Shown here in pieces: positions 13,942 to 26,766 of a stretch of DNA of 64,000 nt (positions within the stretch are counted from its first letter, which is position 1; every line of letters starts with the position of its first letter). Source of the DNA: Magallana gigas (lineage: Eukaryota); assembly GCF_963853765.1 (NCBI RefSeq), contig NC_088855.1:28210001-28274000 (forward strand), in the 5' to 3' direction. The notes beneath the pieces are model-generated. The model was given only the letters and a program-made list of their open reading frames with translations. It was not told where the DNA came from and searched no databases. Both the position numbers and the translations under genes were made by a program.

Positions 13942-14912
13942 CATTTAAAAAGTGTTAACCTTTATCGAATAAAAATTTTCAATTACGGACAACGCTGAAT
14001 ATGCATCTTTATCAAGACTTTTGCTAAATAATTTAATGCAATTAGAATACTCTACAAATCTGTATCATTTTTCTTTCTTTAAAAAGTTAAATGCCACTGA
14101 AAGTTACAAGCTAAATATTTAAACGCATTATCTCCCCACACTTCCCCTAAAAATGAGAATAAATACAAGCTGTTTTGACCTTTATATGGCAAATCGCTTC
14201 AAACAAATTTGCGGTAATCGTGGATATGGTATACTAAGCAAAACATATCTTTTATATAACATAAAAGTGTCCAGTCTCAATTTCTTACGTCATACTGCAC
14301 AGGAAGGAAGCAGGAAAACAATATGTCGTATAATGATGTCACTATATTTAGTCATTGTCAGCCGAACATGTTGTGTCTCAATTCCCATAATTTCCCTGTC
14401 AGGATTGACAACAAACTACACGGTTTCTGTAATAGTGTGTACCGGTAGATTAACTTTTATTTCCCCCATGATTTCTCAGAATTTTCATTCGAACACCATG
14501 GAAATACCGGTATATTCTAAATATTATATTACCCTTTCACAAGGAAATAGCACTGTCATCTATGTGTGAAATATTCATCTGGGAATCAAATTACTAAGTA
14601 GGCGAGAATATTAATTTGACGAAAATATTAATTATTAATATTGATATTATTTATTTATATTAATATTGATTTCAAGCTGGAAGAAGTTGTATAACTATTC
14701 AGCAAAAAAGTATCCAATTGCTCCATCCTTTTTATTTCACAAAGTGTCTAAGCTCACAAAAATTGTCTAATATTGCAAGTTCACATATCACAAAGAAAAT
14801 AGATTTACAAAAAGTATCTGAATTAGTTGTAAGTTTTTATTTCACACCCATGTACTTATTGTATACTGAGGTGTGAGGGTTTTCTATTACATCTGTATGA
14901 TGTACATGTACA

Positions 14913-17900
14913 TCACTTGGATGCTGGTATTTTGGCCTTGCCTTTATTCCGCTTTCCTCTGTTCTTTTTCTTCCTCTTTGTGGTTTTATTTTGTGATGTA
15001 AAATTAAACTTGAAATCTGCAAAAATCAACAAAACTTTCATAAAAAGTATTTGTAAAAAAAAACAACAATCCAACAATACTGATGAAATCCACATCAAAT
15101 GAATTCATTTTTATGGTGGAGGCTGCATTTTTAGTTTCAAGTAATAAATGAGAAAATAGAGTAACTTGTTTCATCACAAAAAACTAAGGGCTAAGATTAG
15201 GACAGTCACAAGTTTTCAATATATATAAATACAATTTAAGATAAAAGACACTTTATTATGTCCAAATGAATTAAATATTCAAAAATTTAATAAATTTTAA
15301 TAAAAATTCAAAAATGAATAAAAAAATTCAAAACCCCTTTTTAAAAAAAAAGGGGCGAAGATTAATTAAGACATTCACAAGTTTTCAAAATATATAAATA
15401 CAATTTAAGAAAAAAGACACTTTATTATGTCCAAATGAATTTAAAAAAAATGTTTAATCACTTCAGTCAATTTAATATATTTAATAATTGATTTCCTCCT
15501 TATTAAATTTATTTTTTCATAACCCCCCACCCCAGAATATTCGAAATGATTCCAAAAGTAATAAAAGGACAATTCAAAATTTTTTTGACTACCAAGGTTT
15601 GATTAATGTAAGTGGACATCAATTTCCATAATTTGAGTGCAATTCACAGTTTTAATGATCGATACGTAAATTTGTGGCGACCAATCTTATCAATACAATA
15701 TGTTATTAGAAATAGCACTTCGATAAACATTTAAGTTCATGGATCAAGCCAAGAGCAAAAAAAAAAAAAAAAAGGATTCAATTGAAACCCCAGTATTTCT
15801 TCGAAATCTCTTCTCAGCATGGTCTCATAACAAGGATTGTGACAGGAACAAGAGGTTTCTTCAAAACTCACCAGATGGGTCAAAGGTCAATGGGATTCGA
15901 CCATTCAGTGTGTGATAAGGGATCATTATGGCGGGATCCAGTGGAATCCATGGAACTTTCATCTTGTCAAAGTCGGGATCCGCAAAGCCAAGCTGCTGAA
16001 AGTGCAGATCATAGGAGCCTCTGGTAAAAAACAAAACAAAAAAAAGGTCAAATTTCTATCCTAATTTCGATTTAGTATAAAACCAAGCTATAAAAGACTC
16101 ATGAATTCAATTATCTTCAGTATAATGATGAAGTTAGATAAACAAATATAGTCTTGGAGCAATAAAACTTTGGGTTGGTATAATTATCTTCCTTTCTTGG
16201 AGATGTACCTTTTATGACCCTCTGTCGCTTTCTTTATGACGCATTTATCTGAGAATTTTTTGTGAGCAAGGAGATATTGACCAGGAGACAACCTACAGAG
16301 CAAAAAGGTCAAAAGTTAATGTGTTTATGTGTAATTCAGGTAGTAAATTCTCAAAGTTAAAAAACAAAGTAAAAAAAACCCTTCACCTTGATTAGCAATG
16401 ATCCAGACTCAACATTGGATAATTTAAGACATGAGTGTCTATATATAGGCTCATTAGCCTACACAGTCAAACCTCATTGTTGATCGGATCTTGAAGATAA
16501 CCAAGGATCGAGATATCAATGTTAAAATTAATATTAAGCAGTGGTTAACCGTTAAGACATTCAACTAACTTCAACATATCAATATCATATCAAATACTCT
16601 GACATTAGAAATACATAAGTTTGGTTGAATTTTTTGAAATCAGAGAGAAAAACAGAGTAATTGAAGCAAGAGGCCCACTGACACTGACCGTCACCCGTGT
16701 ACCATGGTCCATAGATGATAGACCTGTCATGGAGGTCATGTTAGCATTTTAAAATTCATTTTTGAGTCAACACCCTAAACCAAGACTCCTCTGACTGTTA
16801 ATCATTGCAAGCTTTTAATAATTGATGTTTCCAAACATCAAACAAAAGGGGGTGGGGTGGGGGAAAAGTTGGAGGAACCTTGGATTATCTATACCAAAGC
16901 TCCATGGGCCAAAAATTGTAAACTCTTTATAAAAGTACATGTGCAGAAAAAAACATTTTAATATTAAATTAATACACTTTCACTATGTGGCCATATTGGC
17001 CAAACCCAAATGTGTGTACCCCTGACCAAAGGGTCAAGAATGTCACAATTTAGGACAGTATGGACATCATAACCATGCATTCCGTCTATGGCTATGTTGG
17101 CCCCACCTTAAGGCCTAAACCTCTGACCAAGGGACCTTGAATTTCACAGTTTAAGTCGAGGGCTTCATGAAAATCATAACCATTCAAATTGTCTCCCCTA
17201 CTGTGGAGGTAGAGAAAAAGATTTTTCTAAAATTTCTGACATTTTCACTATTTGGCCATATTGGGCCAGTCTTAGGGCCTAAACCCTTTACCCAAAAGCC
17301 ACGAATGTTAATTAAAATTTTGGTGAAGGCTTTATGAAAATCATAACCATGCATTTAGTATTTCTAAAATTTATATGGGTAGAAAATAAGATTTTCTCAG
17401 ATTTAATACATGTTCATTAAATGGCCATATTTGCACCCCTGGGGTCTGAACCCCTGACCCAGGGACCACAAATTACATATTAATCTTATTTTCGTACAGA
17501 GCTTTATGATCATTATAACCATGTACATAGTTTTTTTCTCACGTGTGAGATTAGAGAAGAAGATTTTTTAAAATTTATCCTTTTTTTTGCAAGCTTGCCC
17601 CCATCCATAAAGATAATTTCAAAATTGAGATTTCTCTTGTTCTAGAGATGCTTCAAACAAAAAATGGTTAAAAATTGTAAACAGACGATGCACGGCACAG
17701 ATTGACAAACGACACCAAAGGCAGTAGGTCAATTAAGTGATGTAAATTACCTAAATAAAAGAATGAATTACTGAGTAATACATACCAGTACTAGTAGCAA
17801 AGTTTAACCAAACATAACTTCTTATAAGATCAAGGCTGCCTTTGTCCTAGCAGTTATTCTGTCTATTCTTACGTTGTACATACTACATTGTACATGTACT

Positions 17901-20900
17901 GTCATAATTTATGCTTCCAAAAAAGTTAATACTTCTTATTCAAGCACTCATGGCAATCTTACAAGAGATACTCTTAGTAGATGTATACTAGTATAACATT
18001 TCAAAGGTCACCAGTTTGCAGAGTAAATGTATGTATAAAATGAATCTGATACCATCAATGAAATATCAGGTTTTTCAGAACATTGTAGTTTTCTGAGTAA
18101 TGATGAACAATTGTAATGGAAATACAGGTAACCCTTGGATTTTTTTAACTAAGTTCACAAACTTTGTAACTCAATTCTGTACAAAAGAAAACTGACAATG
18201 GTTGATAAGCAGCACAACCACCCAATGGCGAAATGAATACCGGTACCACTTACTGGTGGAGATGGTGGAATATATTTTGCAGCATCAGGAATGCTTTTCC
18301 AGGGCTAGCATGAAGAAAAAAGTAGATTCAATACATGTACATGCATATAGAAACCATGAAAAATATTCAATCGTACCTCTATTATGTAATTTTAATAGGA
18401 TGACCACATAGACTTTGATTTGGCATTCCTCACCTAAAGCTCTGTGTTGGAGGTATAAGCTGGGCTGCTTGCAATTCTTCTAGAGACACTAACTCTGTCC
18501 TCTGTGTGTGGAATCTGGCTGGTAAATAAAATGCAAACATGGTAGATTATTAATATACCTGTATGTAACATAATGCTCTTACAGTAGTAAATGTATACCA
18601 TGTTCCACAAATACATTTTAATTGTGCATCAGTCATAAGAATTTCACTAAAAAAAAGCAAACACATTAATTCCATCTAAAATCCATGAATTTGAATGATT
18701 CAGTGTTAGATAATACAATATGATGCAGGTGGCTTACCTCTCAGGACTCGACAGCTGGGTCTGATGTAGGAGGAGATCCAGGTTCTCGCTGTCTCGCTGG
18801 CCGTAACTTGCTCCATTCCAAATTGACACTGGTACTCCAGCTTTGGAATCAGGTGAATGAAGGACAACTGTCGGATGGATCAAGAAACAAAGATTGCACA
18901 CAATTGCAAATCATGGCAATTGTTTTTAATTCAAACTGTTCATAACAAAAAAGGAATAAATACTTAATCATACAAATTAATATGCATGAAAGCCAATGTC
19001 ATCGTTCTCATCAACTAGATAGTGTAACCAAACAAGCACTCATGGCTCCATGTTTGTAAATGCATCAGTTTTCTTCATAATCATATAATAGTTCTTAAAT
19101 ACTTGAATTTTTCTGATAAGAAGTAGGGTGGAAGGTGCTATTATATCAAGTATGCCTACAATACCTGCTGATTGAGGTCTCGTATAACTCCGTGAATGTT
19201 GCATCGCACAATGACCTTGAACCCTCCTAAATCCCAAAGGTTATAGGTCACGTTGTTGCGCATTGGAAACTTGAAGATGTGATCAACATTTTCAACCGGA
19301 TTTGCAGGAATATTTTGTTCTATGAAAACGAAAAAAAATATTATCACAACTACCGGTACTGAACATCAGACTCTAAAGAATCCAACGATATGAAATTGTG
19401 AATCTCAGTCCGAATCAAATGCAAGATTCCTTTAGGTAAGGTGAACATGAAAGTCTATGTGAACAATTTAAATACATGTATGCAGATAACTGTCACATAC
19501 CTTCACTGGATTTCAGAAGCTTCTGCTGTACACTAAGAATGTTATCTAAAGAGAACTCGTCCTCAGTTTTGTTGGTGGGTTTTGAGGCTTTCTTACCACC
19601 TCTTGCTTTGACATCCGATTGCTGAGAAAACTCTGGATTTGAAGCTGGTACCATTGTCTGTTTTCCTACATGACTAACTCTTCTCTGGGGTCCAATTTTG
19701 CCCAAAATATTTTCTTTGAAAAAAAAAAATTGGAAAAAAAATTAATCAAACAAAGTAAATTTTCATCTATTAAGATTTTTTATTTGAAAATGACAAAATT
19801 CCAGATCCATTGCTTCATTCTTTAAACCTCTCACCAGTATCTAAAGACCTCATTCTATTTGTCCCCACAGCTGAAGTTTCAGCAGAAACCTTTAAGGCCT
19901 GTTTATCATTCTCAGCAACCTGACTCTTGACAGCTTTCAAGTTTTCCTTCACTGATTTGGCAGCTGCCGTGTTGATTTCATTGAACACCTCTGTCTCTGA
20001 CTTCCTTTTTCTTCTTCCTCTTGTCTGCATCTCTTTCTCGGATGTCTCGTCTTCAGAAGTGCCACCCACCGATGATTTGGATCTGGTTGTCATTCGACAT
20101 GGAGGCACCACTTTTCCCATACTTTCATTTTCCTTTGGTTCAACAGATTCTGGCATTGGATTTTTTCTAGGTCTTCCTCTTCTTTTTTTCACTGGTTCTA
20201 CCAACTTCTTTTTGGCCTCTTTAATATCATCCTCACTTTCAGATGTAATAACATCCTTTTTACATTTCCTCTTCTTTGCAATAACTTCGCTATCAGAATT
20301 CTCCTCTTTTCCTTCAATGGGTGCACTTTCCATTTTACAAGCAAAATTTGTATTCTGATCACTTTCTGCACTCAATGATTCTAAACTCTGACTGGGGCTC
20401 TTGTGTCGATTCGATCTCCTTAATGGGGTACCATAAGGTTTATCAAACCCACCATCAGATCCCAGATTCACCTGTTTTAAAGTTTGTACCTGACTTGAGA
20501 GGTCCCCACTTTCATCCTCACTCTCCCTACACAGAGGAATAATGGGACAAGGAAAAGCCTCAGTAATGCCGGATACCCCTCCTTTCTCTGGGCTTGCAGG
20601 AGATTCCTGTTTCCTGGGCGGACTCTGGACCGAGTCCGATGCATAGTCCGATCCTATGGGGATGATCTTGCAGACCTCCATGTCACTGATATCTGGCTCG
20701 GGACTAGCAGGAGAAGGGCTGGCTGGAGCGTCCTCTATCACCTCCATCTTCTTTGTAGGGGACTCCATGATGTATAGCTTGTCCTCTTCATCCTCACTGC
20801 TGTCCTCCTCGCTCTTTATTGCCACACTCCTCGCTTGGAGTCGTCTCGATTTTCTGGGGGATACTGATGATTTTTTATTTTCATTTATTGGTTCCGGTGT

Positions 20901-23900
20901 TCGCCAAGGAATTGTAAGAAGTTCACTTTTCTCCAAAACAACAGTTTTATTCTCTTCAAGTCTCTGAGAAAATTCATTTCCTGCACTTGTATCAATATTT
21001 TTAATTGCATTTCCCTCAATATTGTTTGCATTTTCTTTGGCTTCTGTAATCACAATTACTTCACAACCTTCACATGTTTTCTTATCAATATCATTGTCAC
21101 TGAAAAGCTGAGAATCAGTCTCCTGAAATCCTTCTTGAAAATCAGATGTTATTTCACAAGAATCTGTCTTCACTTCTTTTGTTTCTAACTCTGGCTGAGT
21201 TACAGGTTGAATTTCACTTACTCCTTTTGGAGTTTTGTGCATTTCCCTGATTTTTCTCAGCAAGTCTTGATCGGAGTCAAAAGACTTTCCTTTGTCTTCA
21301 AATTTCTTATGTTTAATTGCACTCACAGAATCCAGTTCATTCTTCATCTGCGATTGAGAATCCTCACCGGTATCCAACATTGGGGTCTGCTTGTGTTTGG
21401 AAAGCGAATTCAATTTTTTCTTAGCAGTTCCAAAGCACTCAAGATCCTCCAATGAAACATCTTCTGTACAGAATGGCTCTTCTTTCTTTACAGCACCATT
21501 CTTACTCCTCTTTTTACCTGCAGTCCTTTTGGAGCTGCCACATTCATTGCTACCAGCACTTTGTGGAGTGACTTGAGGTGTTGATTTGAAAGTTCTCTCC
21601 TGTGTTTCTGAATCGTCTAATTTACTAAACACAAGTCCCTTCTGTAATGGCTTTGCAATGAAGGACTTCAAAACAGTTTTGAAATATTTTGTGTTCTTTT
21701 CTTTAGGTGTAAGCTGTGGTGGTAGAAATGGTCTGTCAATGAAAACCACTCGGTGCACAGTTACCTTATCACCCTCTAGAAAAAAAAATCCAAATTTACA
21801 TCATTAAAAAGGTGGGATAGGTTCATGAATAGAAAAATAAGATGAACATGTACCTATCTAAAACCTTTCACCCCTAAATAATCAAAGAGCGGCTGTTCTG
21901 AGAATAGAAAACTGAGAAAGTAGCCTATGAACTTTGACCCTTTCTGACCTTTGAGTGGGAAGTCCTTGACAGTGATTGGCATCTCCCAATGTTCTAGGTG
22001 TTTAGGTGCATGGTTGTCCACCAGACACTGGAGAGCTCCGGAGGATATAACAATATGAGCTCTGTTCTCTACAGCCAAGTGCTCAGCATTTTGGTCAATA
22101 CTGCAGGGCTATATAGTTGGACACAGTAGAGTAATTTTGTTTTGTTTGTTATTGTGATATACATGTACATGTATGAAAAAACCCTAAACAACATGTATAT
22201 TTGAAGTTTTTTATGAATATATATGATTACATGTACATGTTCCTGAATAATTGTGAGAAGAACTAAATTACAATTTTTCATCGATAAAACCGAAAAATAC
22301 ACTTGTATACATGTTCATGTACAAAGAATCACATATAAAGAAGAATAAAATTACCGTAAACAGAACCTCAGAGAAGCAAGTCTGGCAATTTCGTTCAAAT
22401 TACATAATTATTGAAAAAAAATTCTTCTTCACATACTTCAATACATGAACCAACCTCATGATTCCAGGCACTTGGTTTGCAATTTCTATTTTTAGACACT
22501 GGGTACTGCTGATTGACAGCTGGAGAATCCAATGGTAGCTCTGGCTTTAGCTGCTGATTCACAGTGGGCAGGATCATCTTTGGCACCACCCCCTTTAAAA
22601 TGACAAACAACAAAATTCCAAGAAATTCTACTAAAATTCAAGGAGAGTAAACCAAAATCAACTTCACGTGTACATTTACCCTTGATCTTTTAAGGCATAA
22701 AATTGGAGAAAAAGAAGACACAAAACGCAGTATCATGTTTCTAAGATTAGATTTTGGGAGTAGAGATTGACTTACCAACTGAAGAAGCGGTTTAATGTAT
22801 ACCATCTTTGGAAGGGAGCCTTCACCATCAATTTCGAAGGATTTTTCTGCATTGTAGTATTTTGGATACAACTCTGCTTCCTTTTTCCTGCTCTGAATGT
22901 AGTCCTAAACAGACAAAAAGCATGATGGTCAAAAATTTGATAAAGGAAATACATGTATAACAAGCAAATACTGATGCCAAAAAGGCATTATTTTTCATAC
23001 ATACACCTATTTATTAATAAATATTTTTTTTTTTTGGCAAACACACTTGAATATGAGATGTAAACTTCTAGTTCAACAAATATTTACAAATACATTTTTC
23101 ATCAATACCAAGTAACTTGTTCTGCAATATCTTTAATAATTACTCTGGGATTTCACTTATTTTATTTTATACGTACCTCCATGTAACTCCTGGCTGCCGG
23201 GTGCATGTATGTGTAGTCTGTCTTGTGACAGGTGTTGGCAAGTGTTTCTTGGAACTGCTGAAATTCTGCCTGCTCCTCTAGAACCTCCTTTGTCAGAAGC
23301 TTTCAGGGAAATAAAATGAGTATCGCTCATGATAGGCTTATTGGTACAAAATTTTTATCTCTGTTCACTGCCCAAAAATATTATTGCATATTGGCCAAGC
23401 ATTCAATGACATCACCAATTTGAAGATACCATCCAAACAAGATTGAAGAAAAGTCTACTAGGTGATATTATTTATTCAAACAATTGATATATCACCTATT
23501 TCATTTGAATTTAAGGAAGTAATGTCACCTTTTTTAGTTGTTGATTTTGTGATAAATGTATCATGTACTCAGATACATGTAGGTGATATCATCACCTTGA
23601 TTTCACATATAGTACCATGTAATTTTACATATATTCAAAAAAATAATGTCTCTAATTATCCTTTTTATGGAAGTTATCAAGTTTTAAGTACACTTTTTCC
23701 CCTCTTCTGATTTACATGTAAGCATCTTATCATTGCAACAGTGAAATTCAATTTTCTGTTTTCAAATGCACCTAAAAAATTCAAGAATGTATGTACATAA
23801 TGTTAATATGAACTGTTGAGGATTATTTTTGAAGTGTGTAAACATCCTATAAAAATAAATGTACTTTAATACCTGGAGTTCCCTCATCTCCATTCTTTCC

Positions 23901-25266
23901 TCTTCAGTTGTATCAATTGTAGTCTTGTGGGAGTATTTTCTGTAGAGGTACACATAACGTTTCTGCTGATCATGTGAGAATCTGGACTTCCTAGGTGGTG
24001 CAATCTTTTTCACCAAAGGTGGCTCTACTCTCTTTTTTCTGAAATAATTATTTTCAACTTCAATTTATCTGTTATGCTTGATATACACTGTATATTTTTT
24101 TTACTGTAATTGGAATTTTTTCCTCTCTAAAACTCATCCAAAAAATCCCTTATTATGAACACACTGCATCTGAAAATTAATTGGCATGGGGATCTTTAAT
24201 TAATTTTACAATTAGCTTGCGATTCATTGCTATTACTAATTAGATGCAGGACTTAAACTTTCTTATGATTGAATATGTGATTTTTCCAGCTCATGTGTGT
24301 TTTTAAGACATTTATTACAATACTATATTTTAAAACATTGATTGCACATACATGTATGATTGCATGACTTTGATTAGTTGTAAACATATTTGCAATAATA
24401 ATAACTCATATGCGATCATTATACAAGCTATAAAGCAATTATAAGCAGCGAGAAAGGGATGAAAGTCAAAGATATATTTATCTGTTAATTCTCATTGTTT
24501 GATTTTGACAAAAAAAACTTTCTTTTTTTTAAAGTACCTTAAAACATGCTTATAACGAAGTGTCAGGGACGGGCAATTTTACTTTGTTATAAGTGTTATT
24601 CATTATACATGTACCTGTCAAGTTTACAACATGTAATAAAGTCACAGGGAATGAAAATCACTTCACTGTACGTGTCATTTCATTATAAGCCTGTTCACTA
24701 TAACCATGTTTTACTGCAAATCATGCATACATACTGTTTCCCTTGGGCTTCTGGAGCATTCTTTGTCTTAGAATTTGCTTTCTCCTTTTGTTCATCTATT
24801 TTCCCCTTTGGTTTGGTGGGCTTGTCAGACAATTTTTTACCCATAGCTACTGTACCATCTGCAGATTCTGGTGGTTCAAACCTTTAAAAATGATGAAAAG
24901 ATAAAACACTATGTCATGCAAGACTGACCTCTGTGTGAACTGTGTAACTCTATATATATAATTTTTCCTGATAGTTAATGTAACATCTGACTAAATATTT
25001 AATACAGTGGTCCCTGTGTTACCTACTGGTTTAAACCATTACACTATTATTTTCCTGCAATGTCTTTTGGAACATGCAATTAATTATCCTTTCCACTTCA
25101 TTTAAATTACAATAATTCTTAATTAAATTAAGCCCTAAACTTGTGCAAGACAGCATTGAATTATTCATTAACCTGGCATCTGAAGCAGTTTCACTCTGCC
25201 TGTGTGTGACACTGGGACAGACAGGTTCTCCCTTCATCTGTCTGATTCTCATTAACAGTCTCTCTT
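14913..25266 (-). CDS. ICE2: Little elongation complex subunit 2 (ICE2/NARG2), 3' part: exon 2b 25266-25173, then 24881-24735, 24038-23873, 23299-23177, 22904-22776, 22592-22437, 22108-21948, 21775-19835, 19713-19501, 19319-19165, 18867-18738, 18518-18434, 18304-18254, 16292-16209, 16020-15872, 15016-14913
   Basis: In-phase GT-AG exons. Motifs match ICE2 as recalled: PRKSRFSHDQQKRYV; HIVISSGALQCLVDNHAPKHLEHWEMPI; NVTYNLWDLGGFKVIVRC; LIPKLEYQCQFGMEQVTASE; GQYLLAH; KVPWIPLDPAIMIPYHTLNGRIPLTF (NARG2_C-like). Confidence 0.9.
16664..17757 (+). mobile_element. HINE-like element with ~100-170-bp degenerate satellite units, in an ICE2 intron
   Basis: AAGAGGCCC start; repeated GGCCATATTGGCC..ACCCCTGACC..CATAACCATGC units near 16985, 17085, 17250 and 17420; GAC tract near the end. 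Boundaries approximate. Confidence 0.65.
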
Positions 25267-25460
25267 AGATATGGCAAGAAATTAGGACTGCGTTTTAAGG
25301 TAGTAGTTTTGTACCCAAGGGTACACCACTATATAAAACATGTGTTAAAAGTTACAAACAGGGTACACTATATATTTCTACTAAAACTGAAAGTAGGGGA
25401 GTCGGGAAGGATTTTAGAGAATCAACTTTAAATAGCTATAGAAAAGGTTACAACTCAATT

Positions 25461-26122
25461 AGAAAGTGATACAAGGGTTTAGAAGTCTATATTTTAGTCT
25501 AAGTTAAAAAATCAAATATATGAGCTGATGGAAAGGGTACAGTGGGTACAAAGGGTACACTTGGATACGGGTAGGTTACAACACTATTAGAAAGTGATAC
25601 TAAAAGTCTATATTTTAGTCTAAGTTAAAAAATCAAATATATGAGCTGATGGAAAGGGTACAGTGGGTACAAAGGGTACACTTGGATACGGGTAGGTTAC
25701 AACACTATTAGAAAGTGATACAAGGGTTAAGAAGTCTATATTTTAGTCTAAGTTAAAAAATCAAATATATGAGCTGATGGAAAGGGTACAGTGGGTACAA
25801 AGGGTACACTTGGATACGGGTAGGTTACAACACTATTAGAAAGTGATACTAAAAGTCTATATTTTAGTCTAAGTTAAAAAATCAAATATATGAGCTGATG
25901 GAAAGGGTACAGTGGGTACAAAGGGTACACTTGGATACGGGTAGGTTACAACACTATTAGAAAGTGATACTAAAAGTCTATATTTTAGTCTAAGTTAAAA
26001 AATCAAATATATGAGCTGATGGAAAGGGTACAGTGGGTACAAAGGGTACACTTGGATACGGGTAGGTTACAACACTATTAGAAAGTGATACAAGGGTTAA
26101 GAAGTCTATATTTTAGTCTAAG
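25461..26122. repeat. Subterminal tandem repeat: 5 full units (128,121,128,121,121 bp) plus a partial unit
   Basis: Units start at 25461, 25589, 25710, 25838, 25959 and 26080; near-identical; each has three GGGTACA motifs. Confidence 0.95.
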
Positions 26123-26766
26123 ACACAGCTTTCTTCTTCAGGATCTATAAAATTAATTTTGAAATTCTGTTACTATTTGGATTGTAATGTTTCAGATTCA
26201 CACCGCACTTACCACTACGGAACAATTTGATACTGCGGGCGTTAAATTTATTCTAATTAATAAAAAATCAATTGTAAAAATTGGCCTGACATTCTGTCCT
26301 AATTTGGGAGTTTATTTCCAAGCAACATCCTTCTCAGATATTTCAATGGAACTTTTTCAAGTGAATAACCTAATAATGTTTCCTCACGTCAAGGTGCATT
26401 TGTAATCACATTACGTGTATTGCATTTTATGCTGTATTGGATGGAGAAGGCTTATAAAGGCAATGCCTCTTTAGAGTAATGCTTCAGTAAATCCAACAAT
26501 GTCAAACCAATTTAATTAACTTAATTCAGAAACCACCCGTGCATTTTTTTAAGCAAGGAAAAGAAACAAGATAATTTACCTTTAAAAATGTTATATTTAT
26601 CATACTCTTATTTTACACAACAACCTAGCCATCTAAAAAGTTTGTGCATGTGAAATTTTTTCATTATTATGCTGCAAAAGTTACATACATTTAAAGGTGG
26701 CACTAAAGGGAGATAACTCATACAATCTTAATATATTTAGCAGAGCATTATGAGTGCATTTCTTAC

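Noticed and set aside
19927-21807. Plus-strand ORFs over ICE2 exon 9 (likewise 9997..10293, 29076..29567, 56445..56739, 59493..59870)
   Set aside because: Antisense or shadow frames of real exons.
25461-26122. CRISPR-like array
   Set aside because: Units are contiguous and near-identical with no unique spacers, and the context is eukaryotic.
26212-26700. Further transposase exons
   Set aside because: Splice-like sites exist, but the frames I tried contain stops and no CxC6 or KDZ motifs.
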